Translations under genes and position numbers: made by a program
Notes under the pieces: generated by a model
The model's database searches: none
Told to the model about the DNA's origin: nothing
What the model saw: the letters and a program-made list of their open reading frames with translations, nothing else
In this document: one piece after another, positions 47,146 to 57,461 of the stretch
Layout: each line of letters begins with the position of its first letter
Position numbering within the stretch: the first letter of the stretch is position 1
Source of the DNA: Erysipelotrichaceae bacterium
GTDB taxonomy: Bacteria > Bacillota_I > Bacilli_A > Erysipelotrichales > Erysipelotrichaceae
DNA: 64,000 nt
Assembly (NCBI GenBank): GCA_031272515.1
Contig: JAISTR010000021.1
Location: forward strand, 17,306-81,305
Reading direction: 5' to 3'

Positions 47146-48570
47146 TTACTTAGTTGCTTTTTCATCTTTCTTGACAGTCGGCTCTACATCAATCGCAGGT
47201 TCCTTCTTCGCGCTTGACTTAGCTGCCGGCTTTTCATTCTTGGCTAAAAACGAACCGACGACTTCCTTGATATCCAGGCCCAAAGTCCGCTTGGAGATCT
47301 CGTTGATCTGCGAAATCTTGTCCACCCCGCCCTGAATCATCTGGGTGGTGGAGTCTCCGTACATTACAATGGAGCCGACATTGGAGATGGGGTCCGCCAC
47401 CGCTTTGGCAATCTCCGGCAGGCGGGCGAAGTACATATCCAGAATCGCGGCACTTTCCATTTTCTTCTGGGCTTCAGCTTTGCGCTCCAGCGCTTCCGCC
47501 TCGGCAATCCCTTTGGCCTTAATCGCTTCCGCATCCGCAATTCCCTTGGCCCGGATTGCTTCGGCTTCCGCCACTGCCCGGATTTTAATCGCTTCCGCTT
47601 CCGCCTGGGCGTTTTGTTCAATGCGGTATTTCTCGGCATCCGCCTGTTTGCGGACAACGGCATCCAATTCCTTTTCTTTTAAAGCAACCTGCTTTTCCTT
47701 GAGCTCGAGCTCCTGCTCAGCTCTGGCCGTCCAGGCCCGGACTTCGGTTTCATTGACTGCTTTTTGTTGTTCATTGAATTGAATTTGATAGGCGGCATCG
47801 GCCTTGGCCTTTTCAATATCCGATTCTTTTTTATAGGTGGCCTGCTTCACAGCCAGGATTTTCTCCTGCTCCGCAATATTGGCATCCGCCAGGGCTCTCG
47901 CCTGGGCGCCTTCCTCATCGGCCTTGGCTTTGGCAATCTTGATATCGCGCTCACTGTCGGCCCGGGAGATCGCTGCGGTCTTTTGGATGGAGACCAGGTT
48001 ATCGATACCCAGGTCGATGATGGCATTTTGGTTGTCATCAATGCTTTGGACGTTGAAGGAAACGATTTCCAGGCCCAAGCCGTTGATGTCATCCACAGCA
48101 TTGCGGTGGATGTTCTCCGAGAACAGCTGCTTGTTGGTTACCAGCTCGGTCAGTTTCATCTGACCGGCGATTTCCCGCATGTTACCGGACAGTACCTCCT
48201 GCACATTGCGGCCCACTTCCGCCAGCGGCATATTGAGAAAGTGCTGGGCGGCGTATTGAATGAATTTGGGCTCCTTGGAGATCTTGACATTGGCGACGGC
48301 ATCGACATTGACATTGATGTAGTCGGCGGTCGGAATGTCCTTAGCCTGGATATCCAGCTGAATGACTGCCAGATTGAGTTTGTCAATCCGCTCAAAGAAG
48401 GGAATCGCAAACCCGGCCCGGCCGATCAGGACCTTGGGCTGCTTACGCAGACCGGAGATGATCAAAGCCTTGTTGGGTGGAGCCTTGCGATAGGAAATCA
48501 ACAGAATCAAAAGTAACAAAAATCCAATAAGAATCAACCAGAGCAACCACGGGTTTTCAAAGATGGACAT
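47146..48570 (-). CDS. floT: flotillin-like SPFH/band-7 protein with Ala/Glu-rich repeat region
   Basis: N-terminal TM + SPFH domain, then EA-rich coiled coil (AEAEAIRAKGIADAEAIKAKGIAEAEA). Start ATG 48570 with GGAGAAG RBS. Confidence 0.8.
   Translation of the reverse strand: MSIFENPWLLWLILIGFLLLLILLISYRKAPPNKALIISGLRKQPKVLIGRAGFAIPFFERIDKLNLAVIQLDIQAKDIPTADYINVNVDAVANVKISKEPKFIQYAAQHFLNMPLAEVGRNVQEVLSGNMREIAGQMKLTELVTNKQLFSENIHRNAVDDINGLGLEIVSFNVQSIDDNQNAIIDLGIDNLVSIQKTAAISRADSERDIKIAKAKADEEGAQARALADANIAEQEKILAVKQATYKKESDIEKAKADAAYQIQFNEQQKAVNETEVRAWTARAEQELELKEKQVALKEKELDAVVRKQADAEKYRIEQNAQAEAEAIKIRAVAEAEAIRAKGIADAEAIKAKGIAEAEALERKAEAQKKMESAAILDMYFARLPEIAKAVADPISNVGSIVMYGDSTTQMIQGGVDKISQINEISKRTLGLDIKEVVGSFLAKNEKPAAKSSAKKEPAIDVEPTVKKDEKATK
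47491..47610. repeat. intragenic ~33-nt tandem repeats inside floT (encode the EA-rich repeats)
   Basis: Three to four copies of CTTCCGCNTCNGCAATNCCCTTGGCC... Confidence 0.5.
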
Positions 48571-48712
48571 AATCTTCTCCTTTTTGTTTGAAAGAAATTT
48601 GTGCTTTAAATCAAATTCATTATAGCATGACAAAATCCTGCTTTTTCCCTGATTTTAACCGCATCCCTTACCAAAGTGCACCGGTGTCAGCCAAAGCAAT
48701 GGTCATGCTATA

Positions 48713-49186
48713 ATGAAAGCGATGAAAAAAACTGAAATTCTGCTGTTTGCGGGTATTGTCGCTTTGGACCTGCTGACGAAAACCTATATCGAAACCCACA
48801 TGACTATCGGACAGTCCATTGCCGTCATCGACGGCTTCTTTTATATCACCTTTGTGACCAATACCGGAGCCGCCTGGTCGATTCTGTCAGGGAATATGGA
48901 TTTTCTGACTTTGGTCTCCCTGGCCGGAATGCTGATCCTTGGCTATCTGTACCTGAAAACCGACCCAGGCCAAAGGCTGGAACGCTATGCCTGGGTGGTA
49001 CTTTTGGCCGGAACAGCCGGCAACTTCTATGACCGCCTGCGCTTCCACTATGTCCGTGACTTTCTGGATTTCTATCCCCTGGGCTATGACTTCCCGGTCT
49101 TCAATATCGCCGACAGTGCCCTGACCATCGGGGTCGGCTTACTGTTATTGACGATCTTCTTTGAAAGGAAGAAGATGCATGGCTGA
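48713..49186 (+). CDS. lspA: lipoprotein signal peptidase II
   Basis: FVTNTGAAWSIL and FNIADSALTIG conserved LspA boxes. Confidence 0.85.
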   Translation: MKAMKKTEILLFAGIVALDLLTKTYIETHMTIGQSIAVIDGFFYITFVTNTGAAWSILSGNMDFLTLVSLAGMLILGYLYLKTDPGQRLERYAWVVLLAGTAGNFYDRLRFHYVRDFLDFYPLGYDFPVFNIADSALTIGVGLLLLTIFFERKKMHG

Positions 49187-50093
49187 GTTTGTGATTCAAG
49201 CCAGTGATGCCGGGGTGCGTCTGGACAAGTGGCTGGCAGCTAATATCGAGGAGCTCTCCCGCAGCCGCATCCAGCAGCTGATTGACCACAGCCATGTCCT
49301 GGTCAACGGCGAAACGGTCCGCTCCAACTATACAATCAAGGAAAACGATTTGATCTCCTTAACGGTCCCGCCGCGCAAGCTTTTGCAGGTCAAAGCCCAG
49401 CCGATGGACTTGGATATCATCTATGAAGACCGCGATATCATTGTTGTCAATAAACCAAGAGGCCTGGTCGTACATCCGGGCAGCGGGCATCAGGAAGACA
49501 CTTTGGTGTCCGGCTTACTGGCGCATTGCGAGGATTTATCTGGCATCAACGGCATCTTGAGGCCAGGCATCGTGCACCGGATTGACAAGGACACCACCGG
49601 TTTACTGGTGGCAGCGAAAAACGACAAGGCGCACCATATCCTGGCCAACCAGCTGCGCAAACACGAAGTCTCGCGCGAATACCTGGCTTTGGTCAAGGGC
49701 AGAATCGACAGCGAAAAGGGGCGGATCGAAGCGCCAATCGGCCGCAGCTTGAGTGACCGCAAGAAAATGGCGGTCCATGACCACGCTTCCAAAGAGGCCA
49801 TCACCCACTTCACGGTGGAAGAGCGCTTTGCGGACTATACCTTGGTGCGCTGTGTGCTGGAGACCGGCCGCACCCACCAGATTCGGGTTCATATGAATTT
49901 CATATCGCATCCGGTAGCCGGGGACAAGACCTATGGCGGTCAGTGCAGCTTTGCGCTGCCAGGACAACTGCTCCATGCCCAGGTTTTGACCCTGACCCAT
50001 CCCCGTACTAAAGAGGTGATGCGCTTTGAAGCGCCGCTGCCCGCAGATTTTATGGCAGTGCTAAGTGATTTACGAAAGGCAGGCACACTATGA
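49179..50093 (+). CDS. rluD: RluD-family 23S rRNA pseudouridine synthase
   Basis: N-terminal S4-like domain + HRIDKDTTGLLV catalytic Asp motif. Overlaps the lspA stop. Confidence 0.85.
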   Translation: MAEFVIQASDAGVRLDKWLAANIEELSRSRIQQLIDHSHVLVNGETVRSNYTIKENDLISLTVPPRKLLQVKAQPMDLDIIYEDRDIIVVNKPRGLVVHPGSGHQEDTLVSGLLAHCEDLSGINGILRPGIVHRIDKDTTGLLVAAKNDKAHHILANQLRKHEVSREYLALVKGRIDSEKGRIEAPIGRSLSDRKKMAVHDHASKEAITHFTVEERFADYTLVRCVLETGRTHQIRVHMNFISHPVAGDKTYGGQCSFALPGQLLHAQVLTLTHPRTKEVMRFEAPLPADFMAVLSDLRKAGTL

Positions 50094-51271
50094 GCAGAGA
50101 AAGCAGAGTCTGGGCTTGGGAGCTGACAACCTTTTTCGCTGAGGATTTTGGCTATCGCCTCAACCGCGAAGCCAGCAGCGATGCCTGTCAGATTCTCACC
50201 CACTACAGTTCTACCTTCGCCAACCATCCCATCAAGATTATCAGCGAACCGGAAGAACTGACGAAGATAAACAGTGACAACCGCGATTTTATTACCATCT
50301 ATGTCAATGAAACCCAGCCGGATTCTTTGCCAGAGGGCGTCGTGTATATGAAAGAAGGGGTCATCAGTGATCCATCGCTGGCGGATACCTACCGGGGCAT
50401 CACCGAGGTTTTGACTCCGGTGCCAACCGTCGCGGAGGTCAGAACCTGGCAGAAACGGGTTAATGAGCGCCAGCGCAAAAGAAAAGTAAAGACCGGATTG
50501 CCGGCCTATCTGCAGTTTAAGTATGTGATACCGGGCATCTGTATTATCCTGTTTATCATTGCCACGATTCTGACACCCAAGGTTGGATTTGATTCGATTG
50601 CCGGCTTGCTGATAGGAGCCGACTATCCTGATTTGATTTACGGGAATTATGAATGGTGGCGTCTGATTACCTGCAACCTGGCCCATGTCAATCTCATGCA
50701 CATTGCGATGAATCTTTTGGCCTGGTTCAATGTCATTGACTTGATGATTGTGCTCTATCCGGGAAGGCAGCTTTTGTTTCTGGCGCTCATCAGTGCTTTG
50801 GGTTCTTCTGCCCTGGTCCTGGTCGCAAACGACGTTGCTGTGATCACCTTAGGCCTCTCTGGTGTGCTTTTCGGTTTTATGGGCGCCTTGCTGGTCTTTG
50901 TCATCGAAGGCGGAAGCAGTATCAATCCAGCCTTCAGGGCTTCCCTGTTTCGAACCTTGATGATCAATGCTTTCATCAGTTTTCTGCCGAGAATCAGCAT
51001 GCTGGGTCACTTGGGCGGTTTTGTCGGCGGGGTTGTGGGAGCCGTTTCCATCCGGATTTTGACCACCCAGCCCAAGCAGCGGCTGGTTGGTTTGGCATTG
51101 GTGTTTCTACTATTTTTCGGATATGGTGTCATTGGCAATGTCAAGGGAAAACCTGCCTCCAATCCTTATGTGGATGCCTATTATGTGCAATCATTGCGTT
51201 TGCTCGGGCTGGACTGGTATGCGGAGATCACCGCGAAAAATCTAAACAATTATCTCAATTATAATCCTTAG
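50090..51271 (+). CDS. rhomboid family intramembrane serine protease with N-terminal cytoplasmic domain
   Basis: GLSGVLFG (GxSG) and LGHLGG (catalytic His) motifs in the C-terminal 6-TM core. Confidence 0.75.
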   Translation: MSRESRVWAWELTTFFAEDFGYRLNREASSDACQILTHYSSTFANHPIKIISEPEELTKINSDNRDFITIYVNETQPDSLPEGVVYMKEGVISDPSLADTYRGITEVLTPVPTVAEVRTWQKRVNERQRKRKVKTGLPAYLQFKYVIPGICIILFIIATILTPKVGFDSIAGLLIGADYPDLIYGNYEWWRLITCNLAHVNLMHIAMNLLAWFNVIDLMIVLYPGRQLLFLALISALGSSALVLVANDVAVITLGLSGVLFGFMGALLVFVIEGGSSINPAFRASLFRTLMINAFISFLPRISMLGHLGGFVGGVVGAVSIRILTTQPKQRLVGLALVFLLFFGYGVIGNVKGKPASNPYVDAYYVQSLRLLGLDWYAEITAKNLNNYLNYNP

Positions 51272-51282
51272 GAGGTTTTTTC

Positions 51283-51762
51283 ATGAAACAAAATGTCATC
51301 AGCTGGGATCAGTACTTTATGGGCATTGCCCATCTTTCTGCCCTGCGCTCCAAAGATCCCAATACCAAGGTCGGGGCTTGCATTGTCAACCCGGACAAGC
51401 GCATTGTCGGCATCGGTTATAATGGTTTGCCCAGCGGTTGCGAGGATGATGAATTCCCCTGGCAAAGGGAAGGCAACCTGCTGGATACCAAGTATCCCTA
51501 TGTCGTGCATGCTGAGCTCAATGCCATCTTAAACAGCACAACCTCCTTGAAGGGCTGCACTTTGTATGTCTCGCTTTTCCCCTGCAATGAGTGTGCGAAA
51601 GCCCTGATTCAGGCCGGGGTAAAGAAAATCTGCTATGAGAGTGACAAGTATGCGGATACCGAGATTGTCAAAGCCTCGAAACGCATGTTGAATGCTGCCG
51701 GTGTTGAACTGGTACAGCTGTCTGAGGCTATCGAAGTTTCCCTAAATATTAAAGCAGTTTAG
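51283..51762 (+). CDS. comEB: dCMP deaminase (ComEB-like)
   Basis: HAELNAI and PCNECAKAL zinc-binding motifs. Confidence 0.85.
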   Translation: MKQNVISWDQYFMGIAHLSALRSKDPNTKVGACIVNPDKRIVGIGYNGLPSGCEDDEFPWQREGNLLDTKYPYVVHAELNAILNSTTSLKGCTLYVSLFPCNECAKALIQAGVKKICYESDKYADTEIVKASKRMLNAAGVELVQLSEAIEVSLNIKAV

Positions 51763-52591
51763 CGGAGTTCGCAAAATGGAGCTTGGCCACCCGGTCGAGC
51801 TCTGATTGCGAGTACTGCTCTACAAAGGCCTTGGCGGCGCTGTCCACCTGGGCGCCTGCGCCTTTGGGGAAATGAAACTGATAGTGCTCGCTCATCGCTT
51901 CCAGCGCCTTCAAAAAGCCATAGCGGGCAATCAGTGAGGCGCAGGCAACCGCCGGGTACTTGGATTCGGCTTTGGTCTCAAAGTGAATCTTTGTAAAGGT
52001 TTCCCGGCTTTCACCAAGGTATTGGTAATAGCGCGCTTCTGGCGTGAACTGGTCGATGACGCAAAGCGGTGGCAGCGTGTATTTTTTCTGCAGGTTCAGG
52101 TAAGCCTGATTATGCAGCAGTGCTTTGATCTGGTTCATGTTGTGCTGCTTGTGCACCTGGTTGTATTTCTCGTTGGAGACAATCAGCAGGCTGTGGGGCA
52201 AGCGCTCCATCAGCACCGGGGCATTCTTGAGAATCAGGGCGTCGGTCAGGGTCTTGGAGTCCTGGACTGCCAGTCCTTCAAGCGCCTTGAGATCTTGGAC
52301 AATGCATGCGCAGACACAGACCGGTCCGAAGTAGTCCCCGGTTCCAACCTCATCGCTGCCAGCCTGGGGAAAAGGGGAGACCGGCGCAAAGCGGGCGGAA
52401 GCTTCCGCTGCGTTTTTTCCCTGAAAGAGCGCCTTGTAATTATGGTAGAGGGAGATGGTGCAGCCCTCGGTTTTCGCAAAGAAGCGGATCGCCGGGGTCG
52501 GCGGCTGCTGCGCTTTGTTGCGGTAGATTTTTTCCAGGGTCAATGCCTGTTTTTGGCTTAATTGCAGGGTGATAGTGTTCATCTCTACCAT
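51749..52591 (-). CDS. rnhC: ribonuclease HIII
   Basis: SDEVGTGDYFGPV RNase HII/HIII catalytic motif plus ~80-aa N-terminal extension. Divergent to cvpA-mutS2 as in Bacillus. Confidence 0.7.
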   Translation of the reverse strand: MVEMNTITLQLSQKQALTLEKIYRNKAQQPPTPAIRFFAKTEGCTISLYHNYKALFQGKNAAEASARFAPVSPFPQAGSDEVGTGDYFGPVCVCACIVQDLKALEGLAVQDSKTLTDALILKNAPVLMERLPHSLLIVSNEKYNQVHKQHNMNQIKALLHNQAYLNLQKKYTLPPLCVIDQFTPEARYYQYLGESRETFTKIHFETKAESKYPAVACASLIARYGFLKALEAMSEHYQFHFPKGAGAQVDSAAKAFVEQYSQSELDRVAKLHFANSAKLL

Positions 52592-52660
52592 AATATCACA
52601 AAGGATTAATCAAATTGATTTTGCGACCATTCTGGTTTATGATTAAACCGAGGTGAATCC

Positions 52661-53338
52661 ATGTACATACCTGTCGAATTTGCCAACTATATCAACCTGT
52701 TTCTTATTGGTGTATTTCTGCTGTTTCTGATTTCCGGTTACCGCAAGGGTTTTCTGGTACAGCTGATCAACCTGCTGGGCTTGATCGTTGCCTTCTTTAT
52801 GGCTTGGATGTTTTCATCCGCCTTCGGCAAGATGTTTGCCCTGGTGCCCAAGCATATGGCGCCCTTCCAGGAAACGATTCTGGCGGATTTATTCTATACC
52901 CAGGTGAATTCCATCGCCTGGTTTGTGGTTTTGTTTCTGGTGTTTCTGCTGATTGTATGGGTCATCAAGCTTTTGGCCAAAGGGGCTTCCAAGATCCCCA
53001 TCATCGCGCAGGTCAACCGGATCTTGGGGATGCTGTTTTCGGTGGTGCACCTGGTGATTTTGTCCGCCGTTGCCATCTTTGTATTATCGACCCCGCTGTT
53101 TCTCAACGGCAAGGATATCATTGACCGTTCCTGGCTGGGGACGATTTCCAAGTATACGATTGAAGGGATTCAGTTTATTTCCAAGCCGCTGGAAGAATCG
53201 CGGCTGGTGCAGGAATTTATTGAGAACGGCGTCTCCCAGGCCAGTACCAAGGATGTATCCAATATGATGGAATGGCTCAAGGATAAAGGCGTCGACAGTC
53301 AAACAATCGAAGACTTCCTCAAAGAACTGGGTGGATAA
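52661..53338 (+). CDS. cvpA: CvpA family membrane protein
   Basis: 4-TM N-terminal region with CvpA-like FANYINLFLIGVFLLFLISGYRKGF start. Conserved neighbour of mutS2. Confidence 0.75.
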   Translation: MYIPVEFANYINLFLIGVFLLFLISGYRKGFLVQLINLLGLIVAFFMAWMFSSAFGKMFALVPKHMAPFQETILADLFYTQVNSIAWFVVLFLVFLLIVWVIKLLAKGASKIPIIAQVNRILGMLFSVVHLVILSAVAIFVLSTPLFLNGKDIIDRSWLGTISKYTIEGIQFISKPLEESRLVQEFIENGVSQASTKDVSNMMEWLKDKGVDSQTIEDFLKELGG

Positions 53339-53340
53339 TC

Positions 53341-55650
53341 ATGGCTTCGCTTGCGGAAGTTCTGGAGTTTGATTACGTCCAGAAAGAAATCGCTTCCTAC
53401 TGCGCTTTTTCCTTAGGGAAACAGCGCATTTTTGACTTGGTCCCGGCTTTGTCCAAACTCTTGGCCAAAGACCGTCTGGCTAAGATGAATGAAGCTTTGA
53501 AGGTGGCGATTGCTTTGGGGGATATCCCGCTGGGCGGACTCAGCGACATCCGTAATGCCCTGATTCAAAGCCAGAAGGACCAGATTATCCGACCAAGTGA
53601 TCTGTTGCAGATTGTAAGTCATGGCGAAGCCTGTGAGCGCGTCAAGGCTTTTTTTGCGCAGGAGATTGTGGAAGCCCCCTTATTATCTGACTACAGTGAA
53701 GCCCTGGTGCACAGCCCCGCCCTGAATCAGGCAATTCTGGCCGCGATTGAACCGGGCGGTGTCATCAAGGAAAATGCGACCCCGCTTTTAGCAAGCCTGC
53801 ACCGTCAGGTGCGCCTGACTCAGGAGCGCATCAGCAGTGAAGCCCAGCGCTTTGTCAAAACCCATGCCAGTCAGCTCAGCGAAACCGTGACGGTCTTGCG
53901 CAATGACCGCCTGGTGGTTTTGGCCAAAGCCAGCGAGAAAAACAATATCAAGGGCTATTATCACGGGGCTTCCAGCTCCGGGGCCAGTGTCTATATCGAA
54001 CCGGAGATTCTGGTGGAGCTCAATAATCAGCTGTCCGACTTCCTTTCCCAAATCGAAGCGGAAGAGGAACGGATTTTAAGAGAACTCAGCCAAAAGGTCA
54101 AGGAGGTGGCGGACCAGTATCTGGCCAACCTGGAGACCCTGGCGATTTTGGATGAATACAATGCCAAGGCCCAGTGGACCAAAGTCCGCGACGGGGTGGT
54201 GGCAGAGCTTAATGAAGAAGGCCGGCTGTACTTGAAAGCGGCCCGCCATCCCTTGATTGATTCCCAAAAGGTCGTGGCCAATACCTATCAAATCCAAAGA
54301 CCCAAACGGATGATATTAATCACCGGACCCAATACCGGCGGCAAGACGGTCAGCCTCAAGGTCATCGGCTTGTTTGTCTATATGACCCTGTGCGGCTGCG
54401 GTATCTTGTGCGACGAAGCTGAGATTCCATTGGTGGAGGGCATCTATGCGGATCTGGGGGATGACCAGTCCATTGTCCAGTCCCTGTCCACCTACTCCGC
54501 CCATGTCAAAAAACTCACCCAGATTACCGCGATGGCCAAGCCGGATTCGCTGGTGCTTTTGGATGAGCTGGGCAGCGGGACCGACCCGAAAGAAGGGGAG
54601 AGCCTGGCGGTGGGGGTATTGGAATACCTGCGGCAATTGGGATGCCTGGTGGTGGTTACCACCCACTTCTCCGCTTTGAAAAATTATGGCAAAGCCCATG
54701 ATGAAATCGCGATGGCGGCGGTCGGCTTTGATCTGACTGCGCTTTCGCCAACCTATCACATTCACCCGGATTCCACCGGGCTTTCCTATGGCCTGGAGAT
54801 TGCCAGAAAGCTGGGTTTAAAAGCCGATATCCTAAAAACCGCCAATGCGGTCGCAGAAGCCCAAAAAACAAAGAGCGACCGGCTCTTGGAACAGCTGGAA
54901 AAAGAGCGCGAAATCCTCAAGGAAACCCAAGATGAGGCAAAGGCGCATCTTGAATCCATCAAAGAGCAGGAAACCTACCTTCAAAACCAGCGTGAGCTCT
55001 GGGAAGTCAAAAAAGAAAAAATCTTGCAGGAAGCCCAAAGCGAGGCCAACCGGATCAAAGAGGAAGCAAGTCAGGAAGCAGAGGAGCTGTTAAATAAGCT
55101 CAAGGCGAAAAACACCATCAAACCCCAGGAAATCGGGGAATTCAACCAGGAGATTGAAGGCCTTGCGAAAGCAGCAGAGACAGTACCGCTAGCCCACAGC
55201 TTTGCGGTCGGTGAGACTGTCCGGATAGCCGGCACCAGCCGGCAGGGGGTCATCACGGCGATTACCGGGGATAAGGCGCAGCTGGAAATCGGCTCCCTGT
55301 CAATCCATTCGCCCTTAGCAAAGCTGGAGTTTGTGCCCTCACCCAAAAAGCAGGCCAAAAAGATTCTGGGCGCGTCCTATTCGGTCAGTCGGCCACGGGT
55401 CAGCGCCGAGATCAATGTCATCGGCAAGACTGCCAGCGAGGCAATCCAGGAGGTCGGAAAGTATCTGGATGATGCTTTACTGGCCAACTTGGCCAGCGTG
55501 CGCGTCATCCATGGCTATGGGACCGGCACCCTGCGCAAGGCCATCTGGGCTTATCTGGACAAGTGCCCTTCGGTAAAGGACTACTATCCGGCCAGCAGCG
55601 GTGAAGGGGCAGGCGGCGCGACCATTGTCGCCCTGGGTAAGAAATCATGA
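53341..55650 (+). CDS. mutS2: endonuclease MutS2
   Basis: Walker A GPNTGGKT, MutS domain V, C-terminal Smr domain (VIHGYGTGTLRKAIWAYLD). Confidence 0.9.
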   Translation: MASLAEVLEFDYVQKEIASYCAFSLGKQRIFDLVPALSKLLAKDRLAKMNEALKVAIALGDIPLGGLSDIRNALIQSQKDQIIRPSDLLQIVSHGEACERVKAFFAQEIVEAPLLSDYSEALVHSPALNQAILAAIEPGGVIKENATPLLASLHRQVRLTQERISSEAQRFVKTHASQLSETVTVLRNDRLVVLAKASEKNNIKGYYHGASSSGASVYIEPEILVELNNQLSDFLSQIEAEEERILRELSQKVKEVADQYLANLETLAILDEYNAKAQWTKVRDGVVAELNEEGRLYLKAARHPLIDSQKVVANTYQIQRPKRMILITGPNTGGKTVSLKVIGLFVYMTLCGCGILCDEAEIPLVEGIYADLGDDQSIVQSLSTYSAHVKKLTQITAMAKPDSLVLLDELGSGTDPKEGESLAVGVLEYLRQLGCLVVVTTHFSALKNYGKAHDEIAMAAVGFDLTALSPTYHIHPDSTGLSYGLEIARKLGLKADILKTANAVAEAQKTKSDRLLEQLEKEREILKETQDEAKAHLESIKEQETYLQNQRELWEVKKEKILQEAQSEANRIKEEASQEAEELLNKLKAKNTIKPQEIGEFNQEIEGLAKAAETVPLAHSFAVGETVRIAGTSRQGVITAITGDKAQLEIGSLSIHSPLAKLEFVPSPKKQAKKILGASYSVSRPRVSAEINVIGKTASEAIQEVGKYLDDALLANLASVRVIHGYGTGTLRKAIWAYLDKCPSVKDYYPASSGEGAGGATIVALGKKS

Positions 55651-57425
55651 ATGACGCCCTGAAAGCAAAGCTCGCGGTTTTACCGCTGGAGCCGGGCTGC
55701 TACCTGATGAAGAATGCGGCCGGGGATGTCATCTATGTCGGCAAGGCCAAGAAACTGAAAAACCGGGTCAACCAGTACTTTGTGGGGGCCCATGACTATA
55801 AGGTTACCAAGATGGTCTCGCAGATTGAGGACTTTGAGATACTGATTACCCGCAGTGAGAAGGAAGCCCTGGTTTTGGAGATCAATCTGATCAAGCGCTT
55901 TCGTCCGCGCTTCAATATCATGTTTATGGATGACAAGTCCTATCCGTATCTGCGCTTAAACAAAAGCGGCTATCCCAAGCTGAGCGTCGCGCGGCTTGCC
56001 GGCAACCGGAAGAAAGACCGTCACAGCGTGTACTTCGGGCCCTATCCGGATGCAACGGCTGCCAGGGTGATGATGGAAACCCTCAACAAGCTGTTTCCTT
56101 TGCGCAAGTGCAAGGTCATGCCCAAGAAGGTCTGCCTGTACTATCATCTGGGCCAGTGCCTGGGACCCTGTGAGCACCGCATCGAGCCAAGTGTCTACGA
56201 GAGCTGGACAAGCGATATCCGCCGGGTGCTCAAGGGCGATGGCGGCGAGATGATCAAGAAACAGGAAGCGCTGATGGCCAAGGCCAGTGAAGAGCTGCGC
56301 TTTGAGGAAGCGGCGAAACATCACCAGGTGATTGAATCCTTGCGCCACATCATTGACAAGCAGCAGATTGAAGCAGGTAGTAAAAGTGACCTCGACATCT
56401 TCCAGTATTACCAGGCCAACGGCTATCTGGCCTTTCAGATTTTGATGGTGCGCAGCGGCACCCTGCTGGAGCGCTACTCTTCTTTAAACCCGCTTTATAG
56501 TGAGCCGCAGGAAGTCTTTGTTTCCCTGATTTTACAATACTATGAAAACCATCCGCTGCCGGATGAAATCCTTTTACCCAGGGATACGGAGATTGCGGAC
56601 TTCCCGCAGGAGATTTTTGATTTGGTGCACTTTCCGCAAAGGGGCCGCAAGTATCAGCTTTTACAAATGGCAAAGCACAATGCGAAGAAGCATCTGGAGG
56701 AAAAGTTTCTGGTGGTGGAGCGTCTGGAGGAGAGCCAGCAGAGTGCCAATCAGCAGTTAAGTGACATCATTGGCAAAGAAGTGCATACCATCGAAGTCTA
56801 TGACAACTCCCACACCGCCGGGGTGCTGCCGGTCAGCGGCATGGTGTTTTACCAGGACGGCAAGCCGGACAAGACCCAGTACCGCCATTACCAGCTGCAC
56901 CAGGGCAACAACGATGTGGAATCGATGAAGGAGGTCCTCTACCGCCGCTACTTCCGGATTTTAAAGGAAGGCAGGATGCCGGCGGATCTGATACTGGTGG
57001 ATGGCGGTTGGAATCAGATTGCGGCAGCCAAAGAGATCCTCGACCTGCTGGATTTTTCCACCCCGGTCTATGGCTTGGTCAAGGATGACCGCCACCGCAC
57101 CGCCGATTTGATGAATGGCCAAGGGGAAAGGGTGGCTGTGGATCCGGAGAGTCCCTTGTTTTTCTTTCTGGTAAGAATGCAGGATGAGGTGCACCGCTTT
57201 GCGATCTCCTATCATAAAAACCTGCGCCAGAAGGCGCAGACCCGCTCGATTCTGGATGAAATTGAAGGGGTGGGGCCCACCCGCAAGAAGCAGCTTTTGC
57301 ATCATTTCGGCTCGCTCAAGCAAATCAAAAATGCCAGTGTGGAAGCCTTGTCAGAGGTGGTTCCGGAAGCAGTTGCAAAAGAGATTGCCAAGACCTTGGC
57401 CAATCTGAAGGAAATCCAGGACTGA
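55647..57425 (+). CDS. uvrC: excinuclease ABC subunit C
   Basis: N-terminal GIY-YIG (GCYLMKNAAGDVIYVGKAKKLKNRVNQYF), UVR domain, C-terminal RNase-H-like + HhH. Confidence 0.9.
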   Translation: MNDALKAKLAVLPLEPGCYLMKNAAGDVIYVGKAKKLKNRVNQYFVGAHDYKVTKMVSQIEDFEILITRSEKEALVLEINLIKRFRPRFNIMFMDDKSYPYLRLNKSGYPKLSVARLAGNRKKDRHSVYFGPYPDATAARVMMETLNKLFPLRKCKVMPKKVCLYYHLGQCLGPCEHRIEPSVYESWTSDIRRVLKGDGGEMIKKQEALMAKASEELRFEEAAKHHQVIESLRHIIDKQQIEAGSKSDLDIFQYYQANGYLAFQILMVRSGTLLERYSSLNPLYSEPQEVFVSLILQYYENHPLPDEILLPRDTEIADFPQEIFDLVHFPQRGRKYQLLQMAKHNAKKHLEEKFLVVERLEESQQSANQQLSDIIGKEVHTIEVYDNSHTAGVLPVSGMVFYQDGKPDKTQYRHYQLHQGNNDVESMKEVLYRRYFRILKEGRMPADLILVDGGWNQIAAAKEILDLLDFSTPVYGLVKDDRHRTADLMNGQGERVAVDPESPLFFFLVRMQDEVHRFAISYHKNLRQKAQTRSILDEIEGVGPTRKKQLLHHFGSLKQIKNASVEALSEVVPEAVAKEIAKTLANLKEIQD

Positions 57426-57461
57426 ACCATGATATAATACTGTCCGGAAGGTGGAAAACTT

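Noticed and set aside
47345-48516. Multiple long ORFs (both strands) inside floT and apparent short tandem DNA repeats resembling a repeat array
   Set aside because: The repeats encode the Ala/Glu-rich EA repeats of flotillin. They have no spacer-repeat architecture, so this is not CRISPR. The overlapping ORFs are frame artefacts of the repetitive GC-rich coding sequence.
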